Source of the DNA: Mobula hypostoma
Lineage: Eukaryota
Assembly: GCF_963921235.1 (NCBI RefSeq)
Contig: NC_086097.1
Coordinates: forward strand, 16,864,001 to 16,928,000
Reading direction: 5' to 3'
DNA: 64,000 bases
Position numbers and translations under genes: made by a program. Under the pieces are notes generated by a model. That model did no database searches and was not told where the DNA came from. It was given only the letters and a program-made list of their open reading frames with translations. This document shows, one piece after another, positions 36,321-49,320 of the stretch. Within the stretch, counting starts at the first letter, position 1. Each line of letters starts with the position of its first letter.

Positions 36321-37788
36321 GAAAATCTCAATCAGCGGAGGACAGATTATAAATGTGAAGCCACCCTGATGGTTTAGTCTATAATCTGTTAGTGGCTGTT
36401 TTGAATGAGGATACATTCTTATGATTCGGACATACATCATAAATTTGTGACCAGCAATCCCAGTTATGAATCACGTTATTATTCTAGGCTGTTGTGAGAG
36501 AGAAGTTATGAATCACACACCCTTCCTGGAATTTTAATCCTGACACATAGGAAAACAGCAGGTTCCTGGCACCTCATGCAATGCTAAAACTCGTAATGAG
36601 CAGACCATTATACCTGGGAAATGGGCAGAGTAAATAACTTGAACATGTTCACATGTACAGATGTCTCCTGCTTCTATTCCCCACTGGTAAATTCACTACC
36701 TGCCGCTAGTTTAACCTAATTGCAGTAAGGTTTGGTTAGCTTATCAAGGATGTGAATTATTAGCAATGGTTTTCTGTCATGTGATTTCTGGTACATTGTT
36801 TCTTTGCAATAAAGCATGCCTGAGTTGCTGCAGTTACATAAAAGTTCCGATGTGCAGGTACAGTAATTACTCTTCCAAGTGCATTTGTTGGCTCCATCAG
36901 GGCTGTATTCAGATCAAGATGTGTGCAAGAGTTTGAACTTACACAGCAATCTCATGCCTTCTGGATTTTCTTGCGGTGTACAAACTACCGTTTGTATGTA
37001 AACAGAATACGGGAGCCAAAACCATACGTGAGTCTGATCGGCAAAGTTAATCTGTTTCTGATGGATTTGAATGGGCCAAATGCTGGCCAACAGACCCCTT
37101 TGAACCATGCCATTGGAACCTTTGTAGTTATCTAAATCTGAACTGGAGAGAGAATAAGGTTACTCTCTGCGAAAAGAGGCAAATTGTCTGAAGTTGGATC
37201 ATGTTTTTCAATACAGTTCATTCCTGCATATTTCTTATCTTTTTTGTTACAATAAAGAATCTCCTGGACCAATATCCTCAGGATTGAGTCCATGTAACCT
37301 GCATTAGTTAGACAGGATGTTTCTTCCAGAGAGAAAATGTTAAACTCTACAGGGCGAAGGTGTAAGGTGAGAGGGGGAACGGTTAAAGGAGATTGATGAG
37401 GTAAGTTGTTTTACACAGATATTGGTTAGTGCTTGGAACATGATGCCACAGGAAGACTGGATTCATATATAATAATAATAATTTACTTAGAGAGCACTTT
37501 TCATACTGACAATGTACCTCAAAGTACTTTACAATGGGATAAAGTGCCAACACGAAAATAAAAGACCAGAAGGTGCTAGTTAAAAGCAAAGTTAAATAAA
37601 TTGTTCATTCCCGGTGTTTAAAAGTGTCTGCATCCCTTATAGTTTCAGGTATTGAATTCCACAGTTTAGGAACGCTGTTCTAAAAAGCTGACCTGCCAAC
37701 TATCCTTTGAGCAAGATTGTTTAAATTTATGGAGAAGGAAGACCTAAGAGCTTGAACAAGATTATAATGCAAAAGTGATTCTGTGATC

Positions 37789-37962
37789 ACAAACAAGAGC
37801 AGATTTGCAGATGCTGGAATCCAAGCAACACACACAAAATGCTGGAGGAATTCAGCAGGCCAGGCAGCATCGATGGAAAAGAGTACAGTCGATGTTTTGG
37901 GCCGAAATGCTTTGGCAGGACTTGCCTTCCCTGCTGAGTTCCTCCAGCATTTTGTGTGTGAG
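37789..37962. mobile_element. Short inverted PLE-end element (older subfamily)
   Basis: 9-bp TSD TCTGTGATC at 37780-37788 and 37963-37971; inverted arms 'acacacaaaatgctggagga' / 'tcctccagcattttgtgtgt'. Confidence 0.8.
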
Positions 37963-39609
37963 TCTGTGATCTTCTCTGGACCCAGACTATTTAAGAGACC
38001 TCTATTGGTTAGAGGTTGAACGTGGATGTTGTGTCCTAGTGGTCTACATGATACGCAAGCCAGTATGCGAGACAGGTGAGTATGATATGGAGAGCACGCT
38101 GTTGTCCATGTAGCAGGCTCCCCTGTTCCAAACAGGTGATGGATCCAAAGGACTGATACAGTTTGTCACCAGCAGCATCACGTGAGTTGCCAGTCAGTAT
38201 TGAACTCAATGCAAGACTGCCTTAGGGACTCCAGCTCCGGATTTTTCCTGAGGGTTTACTGCCAATGCCTTCCCCATGAGTGGGTATAGCCAGATTTTCC
38301 TTCCGAAGCCTTTTCCTTGAGTAGATATAGCCACAAGACAGCAGAGGTTTGAGATAACAGTTCTTCTTCTCCTAGATGAGCCATCAAACACAGCTGATGA
38401 GCCCCATCTGCCTGAAGCGACTGGTTTAAGCACCAGCAACCCGCCTTTGCCCCTTTCCTTGTCAGTAGAAACAGTTCCTATGGGTATTATAGCTAAGCCA
38501 CGTGTGAAGGCAAAAAGTTGGACTTGATTGACGGAGGCTTTTTGAGATACATGCTACTGGGAGCATTTAATAGGCAGTGGGAGCCTGCCCCCTCTACAAC
38601 CCCTGGCTATGACGGAACCCAGACCACTGACAGCTTTAAAAACTACAGAACTTCAAAATTAATTCTAAAAGATACAGGAAGCCATTGCAGAGTAGTTAGG
38701 ATGGGAGTGACATGCTCCCTCATCCTGGTTTTAGTTAAAACCAGTAATATTTAAAAGGCATTGGCTTGGTTCATAGACAAGTAGGGAATGGAGGGATATA
38801 GACCTTGTGCAGGTGGCTAGTATGGACATTGTGGGCTGAATGGCCTGTTTTCCCTGCTTGTGCTGTTCTATGTTCTATGCACATTGGACTGCCCATATCA
38901 TATCATTGGCTTGATTGACACCAGATTACCAAAACAGACATCTTATCCTGTTCTAAGAGGAGATTATGAAGTGGACAGAAAAAAAAACTTCAAGAATGTA
39001 CTCCAAGTAGCATCGCCATTGACTCAAAGCAGAGAAGGAGCATTTGGAATGCTACTGAGAACTTCAACGCTACGCATCAGGAGTAAAGGGAAGCCCTGTG
39101 CGAGCAGCAATCCAAGTGAGTCATTTCCCAAAGCACTCAGCCCACATCGGTGGTTCCAGCATTGACCTCGTCAGCCACCTCAGAGCCCACAAAACCAGAA
39201 TGAAAGCAAGTCACCTTTGACCCATCCTGAAATAGCATCAAGAGGAAAGGCATCATGGAGTAGGGTGGTCCAGCATGGGAATACACGTACCTGACGGAAG
39301 TTGGGAACTCAAAAGAATGTGCAAGCTTAATATGAACGGCTTTTGTGTTCGGCTCTCTCTCTACATATTTTAATTAAAACAATCTACCAATGACATGATC
39401 AATTCTGAACGAAGCACACTGGGCAGCTTTCGTAAGTTATCAGCCAGTAACAATGCAGATGTCCCAGGGAATACTGTTCAGAATGGGTCTTCTGCTGCTT
39501 GCAATTTAATACTTCACAATTCTCGTAGTTTTGAATGCCAATTGTCATAATTTTGAATGTCATTTAGAATTGAACGTACAATATCATGATGTAGGATCTG
39601 ATGACCAGA

Positions 39610-39990
39610 AAATTATAAGATATAGGAGCAGAATTAGGCCATTCTGCCCATTGAGCCTGCTCTGCCATTCCGTCATGACTGATTTACCATCGCTCTCAAT
39701 CCCATTCTTGGATGTCAGAGGGGTAGAAGCTGTGTACCCAGTGACTTGGCCTCCACAGCTGCCTGTGGCAAAGAGTTCCACAGATTCACCACCCTCTGGT
39801 TCAAGAAATTCCTTCTCAACTCTGCTCTAAAGGGACATTGTTGTGTTCAGGGGTTGTGCCCTCTGGTCCTAGACTGCCCCACTATGGGAAACATCCTCTC
39901 CACATCCACTCTATCAAGGCCTTTCAGTATTTGATAGATTTCGATGAGATCGCTCTCACTCTTCTAAACTCCTGTGAGTACAGGCCAAGA
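39610..39990 (-). mobile_element. CR1 3' fragment
   Basis: Similar to the CR1 3' ends at 48805-49320 and 59595-60000. Confidence 0.75.
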
Positions 39991-40544
39991 ATCATTCTGC
40001 TACGATGGCAGAATAATGGAAGCATGGATGGATGTTCGACAGGAACCTCCTTAAATAAGTGACTTCCTCACATGACTTGTCATAGAGTCATACCAGTGAT
40101 ATCATTTCTTTGCAGTTTTTGTCACCAGCCTACCGGAACATTTCTATACCATACCAAACCCAATTCACTGGCTGGAATTGCATTCCCAACAGTTTACATT
40201 GTAAGTGGTTCACACTGCCCGTACACCCCTAGACAGTGTTTCATACAAAGCCCAGGATCTCCACTCATGGTAAATGGAGCACGACCAGTAGGGGGAGCCC
40301 CAACCTTAGCAAACATCTGAGCAGCAGCAGGCAAGCAAAATAGGTCAAAGCAATTAGGCCACTGGTGCGTGACTGTGTGGATACCTGCCCCGTTAGATTA
40401 AGAACCACAAACTCTTGCAGAATGTATCCAAACAATATAAAAAGTGAAAAGATTAAGTAATTCAGAATTTGCATCAGCTTTGGTAATTATGGGTCAGTAA
40501 TATCTCTCCGAAGATATTAACCCCAATGTATGTATGTATGCATT

Positions 40545-40835
40545 TATTTACTAAGTGATACAGTGTGGAATAGGCCCTCCTGGATCTTTTAGCCATGGTG
40601 CCTAACAACCCTTGACAATCTCGATTTAACTCGAACCCAATGCCGGTACAACTTACAATGACCGATTAACCTACCCGGCATATCTTTGGACTGTGAGAGG
40701 AAACCGGAGCGCCTGGGAAAATCCCATGCATTCCACGGGGATGGACGTACAAACTCCCCACCCGGGACCCCAGGATTGAACTCCGAAACGCCCCGAGCTG
40801 TAATCGCATCGCGGTAACCGCTATGCTGCCGTGGT
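40545..40835 (-). mobile_element. V/HE1-type SINE, CpG-rich
   Basis: Minus strand 'acggcagcatagcggttaccgcgatgcgattacag...gagttcaatcct...gggagtttgtacgtcc'. Confidence 0.65.
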
Positions 40836-43322
40836 GTTCTCTGCTGAACAAACCAACTGAGCCTGTTGTACACGTAGCGAAAATACCAGCGGAACGAATG
40901 CACCCATTAAGTATCCAAGGAATGATTTACACAGCTGCCCCTGCACCTGGGAGGCAGAACGGTGGAGGAGGGGAGTGATGGCCATCACATGGTGAGGATC
41001 AGGCTACAGGGTTACATTGTGCATTGGTTTACATTGTAAATTTCAGGGCAAGGGTTATATTGTGAAATGCCAGAGAGATCAGAACCTCTAGAGCACAAAC
41101 CACTTGCTTGGATAATGCACCACTGGAGAGGTGTTTTGCAAATAAATAAAGAGCAAGAAGATTAGTAAGGAATCAAGTCAAACCTAGCAGAGACAAAAAG
41201 GTATCCTCTGGGCTGAGGCAGAACGTTAGGCATCCTTTGAAATGAATGCTTTCTCTAAGTCTTCACTGAACTGGAGGATGATGCAGTTATTGTAATTATG
41301 TGCGAAATGCTTGATGGTTAAACAGAGTGAGAGAGAAACTATTAAATGATCTTTGATAGTTGGTGCCATGTCAGAGGACTCAATGTTGGCAAAAATTATA
41401 TTGTTGTTAAACAAGGGACAGAAGTTTAGTCTGAGGAAGTAGTCCCAGTGGGGGACCTTTACGATGAAAATATCTGGGAGATAGTAGAAACTGTCATTTA
41501 GAAAGATGGATCAATCAAAAAATTTAAAAATGATTCAAAAATGGTTCAATTTAATATCAGAGAATGCATACAGTATACAACCTGAAATTTGTCCTCTTCG
41601 CAGACATCCACAAAACAAGAAACCCCAAAGAGTGGATGATAGAAACATCAGAACCCCAAAGCCGCCCCACTCACAAGCACCAGAAGAAGCACCAACACCC
41701 ACCCCACACCATGCAAGCAATAGTAAATGCCTTTAAAGAGACCTTGATCGAGAGTTCTTCAAAAACTACAGTCCATAACCCAGCATTTCAGTATCTCAGA
41801 CAGGCTCTCTCACTCCATCGATGGACAGCGAGGTCACTCCTGCAAAAACGAGGGCAGGGACCAGCAACTCACTGTTCTGATGTTACAATATTCCACGCTG
41901 CTTCTCCAAGCCCCCGAATTGAGGACCGACAGGCACTCACTCCTCATCAAAAGAGAGAGAGAGAGATCATTTGAGTAGAGGGACCTTCCTCTGACAGCAG
42001 CACCCACTGCTTGTGAAGGACTGTAGTTTGAACTATAGATCGCGGATTCTGACAGAACCCCAACCACCTTGAAAAGAAAAGAAAGACATAAGGGAAGATT
42101 TTTAAGGACGTAAGAACAGAAGAAATAGGAACAGGAGTAGGTCATCTGGCCTGTTGAATCTGCTCCGCCATTCAATAAGATCATGGTTGATCTGACCATG
42201 GACTCATCTCCACCTACCTGCCTTTCCCCATAACCCTTAATTCCCCTACTATGCAAATATCTATCCAACCTTGTCTTAAATATACTTACTGAGGTAGCCT
42301 CCACTGCTTCATTGGACAGTGAATTCTACAGAATCACCACTCTCTGGGAAAAGCAGTTCCTCCTCATCTTCATCCTAAATTTACTCCCCTGAACCTTGAT
42401 GCTATGTCCCCTAGTTCTAGTCTCACCTACCAGTGGAAACAGCCTTCCTGTCACTATCTTGTCTATCCCTTTCATAATTTTATATGTTTCTATAAGATCT
42501 CCTCTCATTTTTCTGAATTCCAGTGAGTACAGTCCCAAGCAACTCAATCTGTCCTCATAGTCTAACCTCCTCATCTCTCCAGAGATGGTGAACCTGGTGA
42601 ACCTCCACTGAACCGCCTCCAAAGCCAGTGTGTCCTTCCACAAGTAAGGAGACCAGAACTGCACGCAGTACTCCAGGTGTGGCCTCACCAGAAGCCTGTA
42701 CAGTTGCAGCATAACCTCCCTGCTCTTAAATTCAATCCCTCTAGCAATGAAGGCTAACATTCCATTTGCCTTCTTGATAACCTGCTGCACCTGTAAACCA
42801 ACCTTTTGTGATTCATGCACAAGACTCCCAAGTCCCTCTGCACAGCAGCATGCTGCAAATTTTTTCCACTTAAATGATAATCTACTCTTTCATTTTTCCT
42901 TCCAAAGTGGATGGCCTCGCATTTACCAACATTGTACTCCATATGCCAGACCCTTGCCCACTCACTTAACCTATCTATATCTCTCTGCAGACTCTCCGTA
43001 TCTTCTGCCCAATTTGCTTTTCCAGTCAATTTACTATCATCAGCAAACTTAGATACACTACACTCGGTCCTCTCTTCCAGATCGTTAATGTGTATCATGA
43101 ACAGTTGGGGGCCCAGCACTGACCCCTGCGACACACCACTCACCACTGAATGCCAGCCAGAGTAACACCCATGTATCCCAACTCTCCGTTTCCTATTAGT
43201 TAACTGATCCTCTATCCATGCTAATACATCACCCCCAACTCTATGCATCCTTATCGTATGGTTAAATCTTTTATGCGGCACCTTATCAAACGTCTTCTGG
43301 AAATCAAAGTAAATAACATCCA

Positions 43323-43417
43323 AACAACAGGAATTCTGCAGATGCTGGAAATTCAAGCAACATACATCAAAGTTGCTGGTGAACGCAGCAGGCCAGGCAG
43401 CATCTATAGGAAGAGGT
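43323..43417 (-). mobile_element. 95-bp PLE insert corresponding to the sequence downstream of the hammerhead cut
   Basis: 7-bp TSD ACATCCA at 43316-43322 and 43418-43424. Confidence 0.85.
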
Positions 43418-43950
43418 ACATCCATCTGTTTCCCTCTATCCACTCTGCTTACTAAATTCTCAAAGAACTCCAGTAAATTTGTCAAACAGGACCTGCCTTT
43501 GCTGAATCCATGCTGCATCTACCTGACTTTTCAGATGCCTCGCCATTTCTTCTTTAATGATAGCTTCAAGCATTTTCCCATCTACAGATGTAAAACTAAC
43601 TGGCTTATGGTTACCTGCCTTTTGTCCACATCCTTTTTTTGAACAGTGGTGTAACATTTGCTGTTTTCCAGTCCGCTGGGACCTGCCCAGAGCCCAGGGA
43701 ATTTTGGTAAATCATTACCAAAGCCTCCACTATAACTTCTGTCATTTCTTTCAGTACTCTGTGATGCATCCCATCAGGACCAGGGGACTTGTCTATCTTC
43801 AGGCCCATAACTTTGTTCAGCACTACATCTTTAGTGATAGTTGTTGTATCGAGGTCCTCACCTCCCATTGCATTCATAGCATCTCTCTTTGGTATGTTAG
43901 ACATGTCCTCCACTGTGAAGACTGACACAAAATAGTCATTCAAAGCCTTT

Positions 43951-44042
43951 CACATCAAAGTTGCTGGTGAACGCAGCAGGCCAGGCAGCATCTCTAGGAA
44001 GAGGTACAGTCGACATTTCGGGCCGAGACCCTTTGTCAGGAC
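43951..44042 (-). mobile_element. 92-bp PLE insert starting at the 5' edge of a mutated hammerhead
   Basis: 7-bp TSD AGCCTTT at 43944-43950 and 44043-44049. Confidence 0.8.
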
Positions 44043-44084
44043 AGCCTTTACCATTTTCTCACTACCCAATATCAATTCCCCCTT

Positions 44085-44835
44085 CAAGTCAAGTCAAGTC
44101 AAGTCAAGTCAAGTCAAGTCAAGTCACTTTTTATTGTCATTTAGACCATAACTGCTGGTACAGTACACAGTAAAAACAAGACAATGTTTTTCAGGACCAT
44201 GGTGCTACATGAAACAATACAAAAACCACACTAGACTACAGACACGACGAATTCTGCAGATGCTGGAAATTCAAGCAACACACGCAAAAAATGCTGGTGG
44301 AACGCAGCAGGCCAGGCAGCATCTATAGGAAGAGGTGAGTCCTTCGTGAGTCCTGACGAAGGGTCCTGGCCCGAAACGTCGACTGTACCTCTTCGTATAG
44401 AAGCTGCCTGGCCTGCTGCGTTCCACCAGCATTTTTTGTGTGTGTTACTAGACTACAGATCTACCCAGGACTGCATAAAGTGCACAAAACAGTGCAGGCA
44501 TTACAATAAATAATAAACAAGACAATAGGCACAGTAGAGGGCAGTAGGTTGGTGTCAGTCCAGGCTCTGGGTATTGAGGAGTCTGATGGCTTGGGGGAAG
44601 AAACTGTTACATAGTCTGGTCCTGAGAGCCTGAATGCTTCAGTGCCTTTTGTCAGATGGCAGGAGGGAGAAGAGTTTGTATAAAGGGTGTGTGGGGTCCT
44701 TCATAATGCTGTTTGCTTTACGGATGCAGTGTGTGGTGTAAATGTCTGTAACGGTGGGAAGAGAGACCCCGATGATCTTCTCAGCTGACCTCACTATCCG
44801 CTGCAGGGTTTTGTGATCCGAGATGGTGCAATTCT
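44085..44835 (-). mobile_element. Rex/Babar-like 3' fragment with a (GACTT)n tail, seen as (AAGTC)n at 44085-44126
   Basis: 'LQRIVRSAEKIIGVSLP...IMKDPTHP...LLPS' peptide. Confidence 0.8.
44243..44446. mobile_element. Hairpin PLE mini-element with a hammerhead at 44349-44385 (plus)
   Basis: 13-bp TSD ACTAGACTACAGA at 44230-44242 and 44447-44459; inverted arms. Confidence 0.9.
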
Positions 44836-47800
44836 CAACCTCCAAGGGACCTATGTTCACTGTAGCCACACTTCAGCCACCCTCTTCTGCTTTTTTAAGG
44901 GAAGATTGTGTCAGAACAGACTTGTTACATGGCATCTCTTCGTTCCCTATTTGAAAAGGAGGGGCTGATAAGGAGAGCTTTTGTAATCTAAAGGGCTTTT
45001 GGCAAAATAACCCATGACAAACTCGCCAGAGAAGTGAAACTCTACGGGAGGCAAGTTGGGTCCGAAATTGGCTCAGAGACAGGAGACATGGAGTAATCAC
45101 CCTGCAGAGGGTCCTGGCTCAAAATGTTGACTGTTTATTCCTTTCCATAGATGCTGCCTGATCTGCTGAGTTCCACCAGCATTTTGTACAGTATGCATTG
45201 CTCTGGATTTACAGCATCTGCAGAATATCTTGTAATGGTCAGCAGATGTTTTGTGACTAGAAAGTTATTTATATGGGATGCCTCAAGTCTCAGTACGAAG
45301 TATCTTGTGTTTTTGTCATTATATTAATATCTTATGCTTAAGTACAGTGGGTACTGGAATCAGAATCAGCTTTAATATCACTGGCATATGTCATGAAATT
45401 TGTTAATTTTGCAGCAGCAGTACAATGCAGTACATAATAGTTAAACTATAAATTGCAGTATGACATGTATCTATATAAAAAAAAGTTAAGCTAAATAAGA
45501 AGTACAAAAAAGAGAAAAATGGTTAGTGAGGTAGTGTTCATGGGTTCACTGTCCATTCAGAAATCTGATGGCAGAGGGGAAGAAGCTCTTCCTGAATTGC
45601 TGAGTGTGTGCCTTCAGGCTCCTGGGTGATGGGGGTTCTTATTGATGGACGCCATCTTTTTGAGGCATTGCTCCTTGAAGATGTCCTGGATGCTGGGGGT
45701 GCTGGTGCCCATGATGGAGCTGACTGAGTTCTCAACTTTCTGCAGCTTATTTAAGCAGTTTATTGATAAAAATGGCCATATCTTGGAAGAAAGATGTCGA
45801 GTTTGATAAGTTCCTGAGAACCTTATTTATAGGGAAAGATTGAATAAGTTTATTCCCAGGAGTGTAGGAGATAGGGAGGAGGGGGGTTGCTAGTGGTAAA
45901 CAAAATTATGAGGGGTATAGATAGGGTATTTTCCACTGCTTGGGTGAGACTAGAACTAGAGGTCATAGGTTAAGGGTGAAAACTGAAATATTTAATGGCA
46001 ATATGAGGGTGTTGTGGGTTGCCAGCAGAAGTGATGGATGCAGGTTTGCTTTCAACATTGAAGAGAAGTTTGGAGAAGTACATGGAATGGAGGGGTATGG
46101 TCCAGCAGCAGGTCAGTGGGATGAGGCAAAATCTTAGCTTGGCATGGACTAGATGGGCCAAAGGGCCTTTCTCTGTTCTATGACTCCATGACTCTGGGTA
46201 TCAATGAACTGTTAAGAGGGCAATAATATGGAGGTGTATGAGGTAAAGCATTTAAGGAGGACAAACAAAGTAAAGGAATACAAGATAAATAAGAAAATTT
46301 GGCTATGTGAATAGCAGAGGGAAATTGAAGTGCTTGGTCACTAATAACTGAAGAAAGCAGGACGTAAAGATTAAATAATAAAGAAGACCTATGATACCAG
46401 AGAAACAGGAGTGATATTAAGCCAGGATGGGCCTATGTGGTTTACCTGTAAAGAAAGCAACCAATGCAATTAGTAGAAATAAGTTAAATCAGCAATGTCC
46501 GCTATATAACCGCATCAGTAAGAGATTTAAGTTACTTTCATTCCTGCAGGGAAGTGTGGTTACACTAGAACTGTATGAAACACTTGACAGGCCACAGCTG
46601 GAGCACTGTGTACTGTTCTGGTTACCAGATTACAAGGAGGATTTGATTGCACTCTAGTGCATGCAGGAGTACTGGGATGTTGTCAGAAGTGGAGAATTTT
46701 GGGCTTTGAGGAGGGGCTGCGGTTGATTATTTTGGAACAGAGGAGACTATGGGGAAATTTAAAAGAGGTGAATAAAACTATGAATGGTTTTAGACTGGAC
46801 TCCAAGGCCACCCGAGGCAAATACACTGATCATTTTAAAGCTTGTATGTTCTGTTAAGGTCCCAACTTACATAATTTAGAGTCAAGATTTAGAAAATGAG
46901 ATGAGGGCAGGTAACACTCTTTTGGGAGGCAGGGAACAAAACTACCCCCTTCTGTACCGAGAATTTTTAATTTCTCCTGTACTATTTGTCTCTACCTATC
47001 CTGCCTTCTGTCCCATCACAGTCTTCCTTTTGATCTTTCAAACCCTCACTCATTTCCTACCTCTATATGTGTATCATCATCATCATTAGGCGCTGTGTCG
47101 TATGAACGTGGACGATCATGGTCTTTCCATGCCCATGATTGTTCCTGGCAAATTTTTCTACAGAAGTGGTTTGCCATCACCTTTTTCTGGGCAGTGTCTT
47201 TACAAGACGGGTGACCACAGCCATTATCAATACTCTTCAGAGACTGTCTGCCTGGCGTCAGCCAGGACTTATGATATGCACCAGCTGTTCATATGACTAT
47301 CCACTACCTGCTCCCATGGCTTTATGTGATCCTGGTTGGGTGGGGGGGGGGAGTGGCTAAGCAAGTGCTACAGATTGCCTAGGGGTGACCTGCAAATGGC
47401 AGAGGGAAGGAAAACCTTACACCTCCTTTGGTAGAGACGTATCTCCACCCCGCCACCCAGCATGTTATATATGTATGAAATCTATATGTCTCTTAGGTGT
47501 TTGCCTGTTCTAATGAAAGGTTATTTCTAGCGTGGAAATGGATAAAACCAGAGGGCCTAGAGGTAAATTTTAATTATAGATAGGTATAGGTATAGATAGG
47601 GTAAATACAGGCAAGCTTTTTACACTAAGGTTGAGCGAGACTACAACTAGAGGTCACGAGTTAAGGGTGAAGAGTGAAATGTTTAAGGGGAGCCTGAGAA
47701 AGAGCTTCTTCACTCAGTGTGGTGAGAGTGATGAATGATGTGGTGAATGCAGGTCCGATTCCAGCGTTGAAGAGGAGTTTGTATAAGTACACGGATTGGA

Positions 47801-48804
47801 GGAGTATGGAGGGCTATGGTCCAGGTGCAATTTGCTGGGACCAGGCAGAATAATAGTTCAGCACATACTAGATGGGCTGAATGTCCTGTTTCTGTGCTTT
47901 TGTACTCTATGACTTTAAATTTAAGGGTGATTGGAGGAAGGCATAGGGAGGATGTTAGAGGTAATTTTTTTTTATTACACAGAGGGTGGTTGTTTGTGAA
48001 GGCAGATACATTAGGGACATTTAAGAAGCTCTTAGATAGGCACATGGATGATAGGAAAATGGAGGGCTATGTAGGAGGGAAGCATTAGATTGATCTTAGA
48101 GTAGGTAAAAAGGTAGGCATGACATCATGGGCAGAAGGGCCTCTACTGTGCGGCAACATTCAATGTTCCATATTCTAAGTTATGGAATAAAAATATCTGG
48201 TTTGCTTGTGTCTCCATATACACTACTTAGCTCATTTCAGAACTGTCTCTGGTGCCACAAACTTGCATGCACGTAATGAGTTGTACAGCTAATCTAAGCA
48301 CCAGCATAATCCAGGCTTATGTGTTTGATCAACCAAGTAAATTCCCATTCACTCCCATTGAATGGAAGCTCGGATCCAAAGATAACATTTATATCTGAAA
48401 TTCTGTCCAAATAAAAAGTGTTCCACAATTATCTTGTATTCAACGCACAGCTCATGGAATACCATCAATTTGCTGCCAAATTTCTGTAAGAACAAGTCAT
48501 GGAGTTTTATAGAAGTCCATTCGCTTTTGTGTGAATTTGATGGATTGACTAGTTCTCTTCTGTTGTCCTTAGTTAATCAGAGTTGTTGAGTGACTGATTA
48601 AATAGGAACACAGAGATTTGTCTTTCCTCTGCAGCTTATAGACATTCCATCTTAATCATAATTCATGCAAGACTTTTTTTTATTAAGAAAGCTACAAGAA
48701 GGAGATTAATTTGAAGCGCTCTAGTGAAATAAAAGGGAAATTGTACTGTGGGTTGTGCTGCAGAGAGCTAGCAAGGTTACGATGGACTGAAAAGATTTCA
48801 GCAA

Positions 48805-49320
48805 TAGACCATAAGATGGTAAGATATAGGAGCAGAATTCTGACATTTGGCCCATCGAGTCTGCCCTGGCATTTCATCACAGCTGATCCATTTCCCTCTC
48901 AACCCCAGTCTCCAGCTTTCTCCGTGTAATACCTTCATGCCCTGACTAATAAAGAATTTATCAACCTCTGCCTTAAATACTCCCAACGACTTGGCAGCCA
49001 TAGCCATCTGTGGCAATGAATTCCACAGATTCACCACTCTCTGGTTAAAGAAATTCCCACTCATCTCCATTCTAAGTGGACATCCTTCTATTCTGAGGCT
49101 GTGTCCTCTGGTCTTAGAGCCCCCCACAATAGGAAACATCCTCTCTACATCCACTCTACTGAGGCCTTTCAACATTTGATAGGTTTCAATAAGATCTCCC
49201 CACGTTCTTCTAAATTCCAGTGACTACAGGCCCAGAGCCAACAAAAGCTCCTTATATGATAAGCCTTTCAATCCTGGAATCATTTTTGTGAATCTCCTTT
49301 GAACCCTCTCCAATGTCAGC
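48805..49320 (-). mobile_element. CR1 3' fragment
   Basis: 'MLKGLSRVDVERMFP...TRGHSLRIEG...FFNQRVVNLWNSLP'. Confidence 0.85.

Larger units (their letters stand above)
42108..44084 (-). mobile_element. Decayed CR1 carrying two small PLE-end inserts
   Basis: KSPGPDG, DFQKTFDKVPH, GVSQGSVLGP, KFADD and MRGDLIETYKIM in ORFs 42326..43943. Confidence 0.9.

Noticed and set aside
42754..43518. 254-aa ORF that looks like a CR1-PLE fusion protein
   Set aside because: The insert plus TSD is 102 bp and happens to keep the frame; the host CR1 is broken by frameshifts on both sides
44085..44126. (AAGTC)n as an independent or telomere-like repeat
   Set aside because: It is the 3' tail of the adjacent Rex/Babar-like element
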